From positions 496,001 through 549,567 of the forward strand of contig CAXBME010000001.1 in NCBI GenBank assembly GCA_963976765.1: a stretch of DNA of 53,567 bases, given 5' to 3'. The translations under genes were made by a program, and so were the position numbers. The notes beneath the pieces are model-generated. The model made no database searches. It was not told where the DNA came from and saw nothing but the letters and a program-made list of their open reading frames with translations. Source of the DNA: an uncultured Planctomycetaceae bacterium. GTDB lineage: Bacteria > Planctomycetota > Planctomycetia > Planctomycetales > Planctomycetaceae. How positions within the stretch are numbered: position 1 is the stretch's first letter; each line of letters opens with the position of its first letter. Below, in pieces: positions 19,199-27,746 of the stretch.

Positions 19199-19665
19199 TG
19201 TGCTGCTTCCTGAAATAACGGGGTGAGAACGAGCCGAGAAGTGTACCGCGACTACTGGACGGTCGCGAGTGTTGATTTCGGTCTGTGACGCCGGAAAGAC
19301 GGCCCCGCGACCGGAGTTGGCCTCGACAAACGACTGACACGGTGGAAGTCTGTCAGGTTATGTCGATTTTCCCGGCGGATCTTATGGCTGAGTAATGGCG
19401 GCGGCTCTCGCGAAGGCACTATTCCCAAGCTTCGCGCTCTTGCGTGAATCTTCGCGTAAAATTTACTCTGAGAACAATTGGCGAACCTTGACCACCATAC
19501 CGATTGTCCTGGACGGTTGCTGGTTCGCGGAGTTTCGACGAATTGCCGCTTGTTGTGGCGGCGTGGTGGCGACCGTAGACTACTGGCTCTGTCGGCGGAA
19601 GCCGTCATCCTCGGACACCACAAGACCTGCCCTACGGCAGCCCGTCCCGCCCCTATGCACACCCC

Positions 19666-20850
19666 ATGACGAGAAGCAGCATGGATTCCAGCGATAACGA
19701 ACAGATTTCATTTGAGACTCGGTGCGTTCATACCGGTGTGAACAAAGACTCGTCTTATAACAGCGTGATCACGCCGATTTATCCCAGCTCGACGTTCTAC
19801 TGGGACGACCTCAACACGACGAAAGGGTACGACTACACGCGTAGTGGTAATCCGACTCGAACTGGCCTTGAAGAAAACATCGCGGCGCTGGAAGGTGGCA
19901 TCCAATGCCGAGCGACCAGCACCGGCATGTCAGCCATCACGACCGTGCTGCATCTCTTTCAGCCAGGTGACCACATCATCGCCGGAGACGACATTTACGG
20001 TGGGACGTACCGCCTGTTTGCTGATGTCTTTACGAAGATGGGCATCGAATTCTCGTTCGTCAAAATGGGCGACGTGGCCAACGTGAAAGCAGCCGTTAAG
20101 CCAAACACAAAGTGTGTCTGGATCGAGACGCCCAGTAATCCGCTGTTGAATCTGGTCGACATCGAAGCCGTCGTCGCTGCCGCCAAAGAAGCAGGCGCGA
20201 TAACCGTTGCTGATAACACGTTCCTTTCGCCATACCTGCAACGTCCGCTGGAAATGGGCGTCGATATCGTCGTTCACTCGACGACGAAGTACCTCAACGG
20301 GCATTCGGACGTTGTCGGTGGCTGTGTCGTTTCAAAATCAAAAGAGCACGCCGAGCGAGTTGCATACATCGTCAACGCGTTGGGGCTTGCCTGCTCGCCG
20401 TTCGATGCCTGGCTTGTCCTGCGAGGAGTCAAAACGCTTGGCCCTCGAATGGAAGCTCACCAGCGCGGGGCAATGGCTCTGGCTGAAATGCTGGACGCTC
20501 ACGACGCTGTCGAACACGTTTACTTTCCCGGCCTGTCGTCGCATCCTCAGCACGAACTCGCGAAGAAACAGCAACGCGGTTTTGGGGCGATGATGAGTTT
20601 CGACGTCAAAGGGGGACGACCGGCTGCCGAGCACGTCTTCAAAACGGCGAAGCTGTTCTCACTGGCCGAGTCGCTTGGTGGAGTCGAGTCGCTCTTTGAA
20701 TATCCGGAATCAATGAGTCACGCGTCGATGTCTCTGGAAGCGCGTCGTGAAGCGGGTATTACCGAAAAGACGATCCGTATCTCGGTCGGAATCGAAAGTC
20801 CGGAAGACATCGTCGCTGACATGAAGCACGCTCTGGATACAATCGGCTAG
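19666..20850 (+). CDS. metB: Cystathionine gamma-synthase/lyase family PLP enzyme
   Basis: YDYTRSGNPTR, TGMSAI, IYGGTYR, IETPSNP, DNTF, PLP lysine motif HSTTKYLNGHSD, LAESLGGVESL. Exact activity (MetB, CGL or MetC) is unresolved; the start may be 19681. Confidence 0.85.
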   Translation: MTRSSMDSSDNEQISFETRCVHTGVNKDSSYNSVITPIYPSSTFYWDDLNTTKGYDYTRSGNPTRTGLEENIAALEGGIQCRATSTGMSAITTVLHLFQPGDHIIAGDDIYGGTYRLFADVFTKMGIEFSFVKMGDVANVKAAVKPNTKCVWIETPSNPLLNLVDIEAVVAAAKEAGAITVADNTFLSPYLQRPLEMGVDIVVHSTTKYLNGHSDVVGGCVVSKSKEHAERVAYIVNALGLACSPFDAWLVLRGVKTLGPRMEAHQRGAMALAEMLDAHDAVEHVYFPGLSSHPQHELAKKQQRGFGAMMSFDVKGGRPAAEHVFKTAKLFSLAESLGGVESLFEYPESMSHASMSLEARREAGITEKTIRISVGIESPEDIVADMKHALDTIG

Positions 20851-20904
20851 GCCGGCTCCTGGCTGAAAGTTGGAATTCTTCGTCATTTAGAAGGAATCGT
20901 CACT

Positions 20905-21678
20905 GTGAAACCTCGAGTGCTCACTGCATTGCCTGTTTACAACGAGGCGAAACATGTGGCTCATGTGCTGCGCGAGGTTCAGAAGTTCGCGGACAACGTC
21001 CTGGTCGTGAACGATGGATCCAGCGACGGGACTGATGACGTACTGATCAGTATTCCCGGGATCCGAGTGGTCACTCACGGAACGAATCAAGGTTACGGAG
21101 CCGCTCTAAGAACTGCTTTCTGCTACGCCGTTCGCAACGACTACGATGTCGTGGTGACGATTGACTGTGACGGGCAGCACGAACCGAGTCTCATTCCCGA
21201 GATGGCTGCAGCGGTTTATCCGGATGAAGGCGAACCGGTGGATATCGTGTCAGGCAGTCGGTATCTCAAATCGTTCGACGGTGACTCACCACCGCCTGAA
21301 GATCGACGACGCGTGAACGTCGAGGTGACTCGCTTTCTCAACGAAAAACTTAATCTGAATCTGACGGACACGTTCTGCGGTTTTAAAGCGTACCGCACGC
21401 ACGCCCTGGAAAATCTTAAGATCACGGAACTCGGCTACGCGATGCCGCTCCAGCTTTGGGTGCAGGCCGTGCAACTGGGCATGCGGATTGTCGAGTTCCC
21501 CGTTCCGCTGATTTATCTCGACGAGGAACGCTCGTTCGGCGGTTCGCTCGATGATTCAGAACGGCGGCTCCAATACTATTACGAAGTAATGAACCGCGAG
21601 TTGCACGCTCCGAAGGGCGAGAAGGTTACGATCCACTCTGGCCCCACACTTTGCGATGAAACTGGCCATTATGAATAA
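20905..21678 (+). CDS. Glycosyltransferase family 2 (DPM-synthase-like)
   Basis: LPVYNEA, VVNDGSSDGT, NQGYGAAL, DxD motif TIDCDGQH, IVSGSRY, DTFCGFKAY; soluble. Confidence 0.92.
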   Translation: MKPRVLTALPVYNEAKHVAHVLREVQKFADNVLVVNDGSSDGTDDVLISIPGIRVVTHGTNQGYGAALRTAFCYAVRNDYDVVVTIDCDGQHEPSLIPEMAAAVYPDEGEPVDIVSGSRYLKSFDGDSPPPEDRRRVNVEVTRFLNEKLNLNLTDTFCGFKAYRTHALENLKITELGYAMPLQLWVQAVQLGMRIVEFPVPLIYLDEERSFGGSLDDSERRLQYYYEVMNRELHAPKGEKVTIHSGPTLCDETGHYE

Positions 21679-21788
21679 GGGTTGCCAAACGCCGCGCCGG
21701 AATACCACTTGATCTAGTACTGTCGCGCCGACGCTTCTCTGTCTACATACCCCGTCGTTCAACGCTTCTTCAAATCTTCGACTGACCG

Positions 21789-23504
21789 ATGGAACTTCTG
21801 GAACGCTCAGCCACGATGACCGGTCACGAAGAACCAGCCTGGGAACGAACCCGCATTCGCGTACCGCGTGAGAGCGGTACGTTCCTTATCCGACCGGAAC
21901 CGGCGGTGATCGTCAGATGTGTCGATAAGCTTCGCGACAATTCTGAGTTGCCGGACGCGTCGGAGTGCCGCATCCTTGATTCAGCTCTGTCAGGTTTTCG
22001 AGCATCCGCTCGCAGCGAAGTCATTGCTGCTGCGTCTCGATGGACGTCGGAATTGCTCGGTCGAAGCATCAAAATTCCTGAGGCTGTTTCGCTGATCATG
22101 ACTGGGCACCAGCCGGAACTGTTTCATCCGGGCGTCTTTGCCAAGAACTTTGCAACGTCTCAGCTGGCATCACGCAGTGGAAGCGTTGGTCTGAACCTGG
22201 TCGTTGACAACGACCTGATGGCGAGCACTCGAATTCGCGTCCCGGTTGGAGATCGCAAACGCCCGAGTTTTTCGACGATCGAGTTCGATACTTCAAGGGC
22301 ACCGATCCCCTGGGAAGAAGCCTGTGTTGCCGATGTGAGTCTGCTCGAATCTTTTGCCGATCGAATTACTGAAACGATGGGATTCTGGAATGTCGAGCCT
22401 CTGATTTCAGACTTCTGGCCGAGCGTCGTCACCAAAGCACGAGAGAGTTTCCATAAAACTCAGAACGCTTCACTGACCGAATGTTTGACGGCTGGCCGAG
22501 CGTCGCTTGAACGCAAGTTGGGGCTTGGGAATCTGGAACTGCCGATCAGCCGACTGTGCGAAACCAACGCGTTTCGATCATTCGCCGTTCACATTCTGCT
22601 TCGAGCTGAAAGGTTTCGCCAGGCCTACAACCAGGTGCTCGGCGAGTATCGTCGCGTTAATCGAATTCGGAGTTCGTCACACCCGGTTCCGGAACTCGTT
22701 CTTCAAAACGGCTGGTGCGAAACGCCGTTCTGGATCTGGGGAGCCGATAACCCTCGCCGTGGCCGACTTTTTGTCAGGCTGGACGGCGAGGCTCTTAAGC
22801 TGGCGACCTCGCCCGATTCGTCGTCGATTGTGCACTCCTTAAACCTGCGTTCGAATGCTTCGTCAGATGCCGCCGCAGCAGCTTTGCAGCAGTTATCCGA
22901 AGCCGGCTTGCGGTTACGAACTCGAGCTTTGACGACAACGCTGTTCACGCGGCTTTGCCTGTGCGATCTCTTTGTGCATGGGATCGGCGGGGCAAAGTAC
23001 GACGCCATGACTGACCGCATCGCGTCACGATTCTTTGGTGTGAAACTGCCTGACTACCTGACACTTTCCGCGACCACATGGTTGCCGATCGGCGAGCCAC
23101 ATTCGGTAACACCCGCTGATGTCTCACGGCTTCGACAAATGTTGCGAGAACTGCAACAGAACCCGCAGCGATATCTGGGGCCGGACTTGCCTGACGACGC
23201 TCAGCTGCTCGTTACGGAAAAAATCAATCTGATTGCTCAGCAGCATGCGGATGCCGGTTTGGCTTCGTCTGGTCAAAAGGCTTTCCGAGGTCAGAAACGA
23301 TATCGCCGGTTTCCCGAAATCAATCGTCAGCTGGCACAGAGAACTGTGCCCCAGCGAAAGCTCATCCTGGAAGAACTCACGCAAATTGAGCAAAGTCTGG
23401 CTGCAAATAAGGTGCTGACCAGCCGCGAGTTTTCCTTCTGCCTTTATCCCGTAGAGTCGATCCAGACGATGATCAGCGGTCTTAAAGATCGATTGGCAAG
23501 GTGA
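21789..23504 (+). CDS. Hypothetical protein, remotely BshC-like (putative ligase)
   Basis: 571 aa with motifs MTGHQPELFHPG, LNLVVDND, LFVHGIGGAKYD, a coiled-coil segment and C-terminal SREFSF. The order parallels BshC motifs (by-eye comparison). The CDS itself is secure; the function is tentative. Confidence 0.6.
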   Translation: MELLERSATMTGHEEPAWERTRIRVPRESGTFLIRPEPAVIVRCVDKLRDNSELPDASECRILDSALSGFRASARSEVIAAASRWTSELLGRSIKIPEAVSLIMTGHQPELFHPGVFAKNFATSQLASRSGSVGLNLVVDNDLMASTRIRVPVGDRKRPSFSTIEFDTSRAPIPWEEACVADVSLLESFADRITETMGFWNVEPLISDFWPSVVTKARESFHKTQNASLTECLTAGRASLERKLGLGNLELPISRLCETNAFRSFAVHILLRAERFRQAYNQVLGEYRRVNRIRSSSHPVPELVLQNGWCETPFWIWGADNPRRGRLFVRLDGEALKLATSPDSSSIVHSLNLRSNASSDAAAAALQQLSEAGLRLRTRALTTTLFTRLCLCDLFVHGIGGAKYDAMTDRIASRFFGVKLPDYLTLSATTWLPIGEPHSVTPADVSRLRQMLRELQQNPQRYLGPDLPDDAQLLVTEKINLIAQQHADAGLASSGQKAFRGQKRYRRFPEINRQLAQRTVPQRKLILEELTQIEQSLAANKVLTSREFSFCLYPVESIQTMISGLKDRLAR

Positions 23505-23562
23505 GGGCTTTTTCCTTTGGTTGTGGTGTATACGCCCTTGCACACGCCTCTTAATGATTGTT

Positions 23563-23638
23563 GCGTGGGAGGCATTTCTCTGCATCGTAGATAAACTCTG
23601 AGCGTGGGAGGCGAATGTGAGATAAGTTTCAGCGTGGG
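23563..23638 (+). repeat. Triple GCGTGGG direct repeat upstream of a diguanylate cyclase
   Basis: gcgtgggaggc at 23563 and 23602, gcgtggg at 23632; the last two are preceded by agataa. Confidence 0.65.
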
Positions 23639-23689
23639 CATTGACCCCCGATGAGCCGCTGAACTCTATGAAGCATAGCAAGGATTTCC

Positions 23690-24826
23690 ATGGCTGGACT
23701 TTGGGAATTGATGGGTGGGGCAGGTTACACAGCGGCGGTCTTCGCCCTGGGACGCCTCTCTTCTGGCGTCAGTTGGTCGACGTTGTTCGAGTCTGAATCA
23801 AAGACTTTATGCACCTCGGCTTTGACCGACAGTTCTGGTCTCATTCGTGAGGGGCTCCTGTCAGAAATTCGGCAGGAATTGAGTACGCATTCCGCGTCAA
23901 CTCAGCGGCTCACGGAAAAGCTGAACTCAGCCGACCATGACGTGATCAGCGATCAGGCGAGGGCGACTCGCACGGACAATTCGCAGTTCCAGAAATTTCT
24001 GGACGATCGATGTGCTGAGTTGGAGAAACTGTCCGGCAATCGCGGAAGTGCCGTGAAGAAACTGCTCGGAAATCTGGCCGGGCATCGAGAACGTGCCAGC
24101 GAGCTGGACAGCGTGCTGGAGAAATTCGAAGACCCCTCGCAGATTGAGTCAGCAATCCTGCCGCTGCGGGACTGCATCCGGGATCTTGAGGATCATAACA
24201 AACGTTTGCAGAGTGAACTCGAAAAAACTCGACAGGCAGTTGCGCAACAGTCCGAGAAACTGGAGCAGGCGAAAGAAGAAGCTCGCGTTGACGCGTTGAC
24301 CGGCCTTGCGAATCGACGAGCGTTCGACGAACGAATCGAGCAGGCACATGCAGCCTTCACCGAAGAAGGTACATCATACGTCGTCGCGTTGCTTGACGTT
24401 GACCATTTCAAAAAGTTCAACGATGTGCATGGCCACGCGATTGGCGACAAAGTTCTGGAAGTTGTTGGAGAAGTGCTGCGTAGAACTCAGCGTGGTACCG
24501 ACCATGTGGCTCGATACGGTGGAGAAGAGTTCGTTGTTTTGCTTGAGCGAATTCCTGGCCATCAGGCTAAATCTGTCGTGGACCGCCAACGCGGGCGAAT
24601 CGGCAAATCAACACTGCGAGTCGATGGCAACGATCTGAGCATCACAGTCAGTGCTGGCGTGGCTGAAGTTCAGCCGGGAGAATCCATCAAATCTGTGTTG
24701 GAACGTGCTGACCAGGCACTTTATTCAGCGAAGGAAGCCGGTCGAAATCAAACCTGCTTCAATGATGGGGCAAAGGTTGTCGACATGGACAATCAGAATC
24801 TGCAAATAGAAGCATCTCTGGTCTGA
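23690..24826 (+). CDS. Diguanylate cyclase (GGDEF domain)
   Basis: N-terminal hydrophobic helix, coiled coil, DALTGLANRR, DVDHFKKFND, I-site RGTD, active site RYGGEEF. Confidence 0.95.
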   Translation: MAGLWELMGGAGYTAAVFALGRLSSGVSWSTLFESESKTLCTSALTDSSGLIREGLLSEIRQELSTHSASTQRLTEKLNSADHDVISDQARATRTDNSQFQKFLDDRCAELEKLSGNRGSAVKKLLGNLAGHRERASELDSVLEKFEDPSQIESAILPLRDCIRDLEDHNKRLQSELEKTRQAVAQQSEKLEQAKEEARVDALTGLANRRAFDERIEQAHAAFTEEGTSYVVALLDVDHFKKFNDVHGHAIGDKVLEVVGEVLRRTQRGTDHVARYGGEEFVVLLERIPGHQAKSVVDRQRGRIGKSTLRVDGNDLSITVSAGVAEVQPGESIKSVLERADQALYSAKEAGRNQTCFNDGAKVVDMDNQNLQIEASLV

Positions 24827-24981
24827 GCTGCCAGGCGACATCGAACGAATCGGCGTGATTCCAACGAACGCTGGGAAGAATTTTTCTGAGTCAATCCGCG
24901 ATTGCCGTTCCGTACAGATGACGTGAACTAAGTTGAGCAGAGAAATATTTGGTTGACGCAGCTCCGTGTCAACGCGTGGCT

Positions 24982-26229
24982 ATGTTGACTTGCGTAAGGG
25001 ATGCTGTGTCTGACTTCTGGGAATTTATCATCCGCGCCAGTGAGTCGGTGTTGCCGATTGAAAGCAATCGTGCATGGGGCGCGGTGTTGAGCCGCTTCGT
25101 TGGTCTGGGCAGCTTTACAGCGGCTGTCTTTTTTCTGGGATATATGACTGCTCGAGCTCGATTTGGCTCGCGGACGGAATCTCACGCTGACTCAGCGTCT
25201 GAAGAAATTGAGTCAGCGAAGGCGGCTCTGGCATGCGACAGGATCCTTGTCGAGATCAGACAGGAAATCGATTCCCATTCCGATTCGACTCGCCGCCTGG
25301 AAGAGCAACTCGACTCGACGGACCGTGACTTTATCTGTGATCAGGTGAAAGCGACGCGTGCTGAGAACGTTGAGTTTCAGCAATTTCTCGATGATCGATG
25401 CACACGACTTAAACGGCATTCAAAGATTCGTGGCGGCACTCTGAAAAAGTTTTTGAAAAGAGTGGCAGGCCACCGTCGGCGAGCCAGTGATCTGGACGTT
25501 GTCCTTGAAAGATTTGAGGACCGGGATCAGTTTGAATCAGCGATCTCTCCGCTGCGTAATTGCATTCGAGATTTGCAGGAGCATAACCGGCAGTTGCAGG
25601 AAGAACTCGATCAGACTCGCAAGGCCGTCGCTCAGCAGTCGCAGAAACTGGAGCAGGCTCAGGAAGAAGCCCGCGTTGACGCCTTGACGGGGCTGCCCAA
25701 TCGTCGCGCATTCGACGAGAAGATCAAGGACCTGCACTCACTGTTTGAGCGAGGGAATTCGTCCTACGTTGTCGCCTTACTGGATATCGACCATTTCAAA
25801 AGTTTCAACGACAGGCACGGTCACGTTGTCGGCGACATGGTTCTCGGGTTCGTCGCGGACGTTCTGCGAGGCACACAACGCTGGACTGATCACGTTGCCC
25901 GTTATGGTGGCGAGGAATTCGTTGTCCTGCTTCCACGGATAACCGGTCACAAAGCGAAGTTCGTCATCGATCGTCATCGGGAAAAAATTGAACGCGCCTC
26001 ACTGATGGTTGATCGGCAAAGTTTAAGCGTCACCGTGAGTGCTGGCGTCGCCGAAGTTCTACCGGGCGACACAATTCCAAAAGTACTCGCGCGAGCCGAC
26101 GAAGCCCTCTATGCCGCGAAAGCTGCCGGTCGGAATCAGACGTGCCTTGAAGACGACGGCACCATCGTCGAAGTCAGCCAGCTTCGTCCGATGGATGTGG
26201 AGGCGGAACCTGGAGTTCCTGTCGCCTGA
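24982..26229 (+). CDS. Diguanylate cyclase (GGDEF domain), tandem paralog
   Basis: DALTGLPNRR, DIDHFKSFND, I-site RWTD, RYGGEEF; start uncertain (between 24949 and about 25084). Confidence 0.93.
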   Translation: MLTCVRDAVSDFWEFIIRASESVLPIESNRAWGAVLSRFVGLGSFTAAVFFLGYMTARARFGSRTESHADSASEEIESAKAALACDRILVEIRQEIDSHSDSTRRLEEQLDSTDRDFICDQVKATRAENVEFQQFLDDRCTRLKRHSKIRGGTLKKFLKRVAGHRRRASDLDVVLERFEDRDQFESAISPLRNCIRDLQEHNRQLQEELDQTRKAVAQQSQKLEQAQEEARVDALTGLPNRRAFDEKIKDLHSLFERGNSSYVVALLDIDHFKSFNDRHGHVVGDMVLGFVADVLRGTQRWTDHVARYGGEEFVVLLPRITGHKAKFVIDRHREKIERASLMVDRQSLSVTVSAGVAEVLPGDTIPKVLARADEALYAAKAAGRNQTCLEDDGTIVEVSQLRPMDVEAEPGVPVA

Positions 26230-26282
26230 TCGTCGCTCAGCAAAGCGGATGTTCTGGAAATCGGATCGAGTCGGCCTTTCGG

Positions 26283-27650
26283 TCAGGCGAGTTCGGGGAT
26301 GTGATCGCCGTAGGAAATGTGAATCGGCCGGCCGGCCTGGTCGTTGAAGGTCTGGCGGTAGTCGATTCCCAGGTGGTGCAGAATCATCGAGCGGAAGTTC
26401 TGTGGAGTCAGTTCCCGCTTGATGGGATGCTCGCCTTTTGAGTTGGTCGCTCCAATGACCTGGCCCGTGCGCGTACCGCCGCCGGAGACCAGAATCGACA
26501 TGGCGTGCGGCCAGTGGTCGCGTCCCCAGTTGATTTTTCCATCCCGGCTGCCGGGACGTTCGTTGCCTCGCGGCGTGCGACCGAACTCGCCGGTCACGAC
26601 GACCATGACATCCTTGTCGAGCCCGCGTTCGTAGATGTCTTCGATCAGTGCCGTCACTCCCTGATCGACGCCGGGCAGACGTTCGCGCATCGCGGTGGGC
26701 AGGTCACCGTTCACAGCGTGGTCGTCCCAGTTGTAGACTTCTTTGCCACCGGGGATGCTGACGGTGACGAGGTTCACACCAGCTTCGACAAGTCTCCGAG
26801 CCAGCAACGCCTGCTGGGCCCAGCCCTTCCCGTAGCGTTCGCGGGTCGACTCTTTCTCAAGAGACAAATCAAAGGCGATGCGTGCTCGGTCGGTCGTCAG
26901 GATCTCGAACGCCTGCTGGTTAAAGCCGTCGAGCGATTCCATCACGCCGCGGTCGAGGTCGCCGCGAAGTCGATCGACGGTCGTCAGTAGTTCTTTGCGA
27001 TTGCTCAGTCGCTGCCCGTCGATCGTTGCTTTAGCATTCTTGAGGCCTGCTTCACTGACGGTCGGCGGGCGGAAAACGTCGCTCCAGTACCCGGTGGCGG
27101 TTGTCGGCACGTAGCTGTAATGCGTTGCTCCCATTCCGCAGGCGACGGGCATGCCCCCGTGGCACTGGCCAAAGACTCGACTGACGACGGCTCCGAGTTC
27201 GGGGTGTACCGATTCGTGCTTCGACTCGTCCCAGTCCGGGTAGCCGCTCATCATGACGGGAATGCCATCGTTGTGGCCGGCGTAGTTATGCGAGCAGGAT
27301 CGAATCAGCGAGAACCTGTCGGCGATCTTCGCGTGCATCGGCAGCAGTTCGCAGATATCCATGCCGGGGACATTGGTGTGTATCGGCGAAAACGGACCAC
27401 GAATTTCTCGCGTCGCATTCGGTTTCAGATCGTACGTTTCGAGATGACTTGGTCCTCCATTCTGCCAGAGCAGGATTACAGATTTCGGCGACGGCGACGC
27501 TCGGTATTCAGATTCCGGTGCGGCCTGAGTCCGAAGACGCAGGTAGTCGGCCAGACTCAGCCCTCCGATGCCCAGAAATCCGGCACGCATGAAGTGACGA
27601 CGATCGACTCCGTCGCATAGCCGATGACGATTGGTCAGCAATTCGAGCAC
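26283..27650 (-). CDS. DUF1501 domain-containing protein
   Basis: Tat-like DRRHFMRAG, GGPSHLETYDLKP, ARRLVEAGV, WDDH, GEFGRTP, GRDHWP. Confidence 0.92.
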   Translation of the reverse strand: MLELLTNRHRLCDGVDRRHFMRAGFLGIGGLSLADYLRLRTQAAPESEYRASPSPKSVILLWQNGGPSHLETYDLKPNATREIRGPFSPIHTNVPGMDICELLPMHAKIADRFSLIRSCSHNYAGHNDGIPVMMSGYPDWDESKHESVHPELGAVVSRVFGQCHGGMPVACGMGATHYSYVPTTATGYWSDVFRPPTVSEAGLKNAKATIDGQRLSNRKELLTTVDRLRGDLDRGVMESLDGFNQQAFEILTTDRARIAFDLSLEKESTRERYGKGWAQQALLARRLVEAGVNLVTVSIPGGKEVYNWDDHAVNGDLPTAMRERLPGVDQGVTALIEDIYERGLDKDVMVVVTGEFGRTPRGNERPGSRDGKINWGRDHWPHAMSILVSGGGTRTGQVIGATNSKGEHPIKRELTPQNFRSMILHHLGIDYRQTFNDQAGRPIHISYGDHIPELA

Positions 27651-27685
27651 GTTATTTATCCGAGGTCATAAGGTTGGAGCACGGA

Positions 27686-27734
27686 GTGGGCATTGCCCAC
27701 CACTGTCATGATTGGTGGGCTGTGCCCACCTACG
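27686..27734. repeat. REP-like doublet (GTGGGCnnTGCCCAC units)
   Basis: gtgggcattgcccacca followed by tggtgggctgtgcccacctacg: two self-complementary units that also pair with each other, ending in ctac (GTAG on minus). Confidence 0.75.
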
Positions 27735-27746
27735 GATCTCGACCCG

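Noticed and set aside
19463..19498. Val-rich mini-ORF MVVKVRQLFSE upstream of ilvB as an attenuator peptide
   Set aside because: No clear SD, about 265 bp from ilvB, and no U-tailed terminator in between.
19480..19665. Possible SAM or SAH riboswitch upstream of the metB-like gene
   Set aside because: GC-rich hairpins are present, but I could not identify SAM-I, SAM-II or SAH core motifs; an Rfam scan would settle it.
23563..23638. Mini-CRISPR reading of the GCGTGGG repeats
   Set aside because: Repeats are at most 11 bp exact, unevenly spaced, and there are no cas genes.
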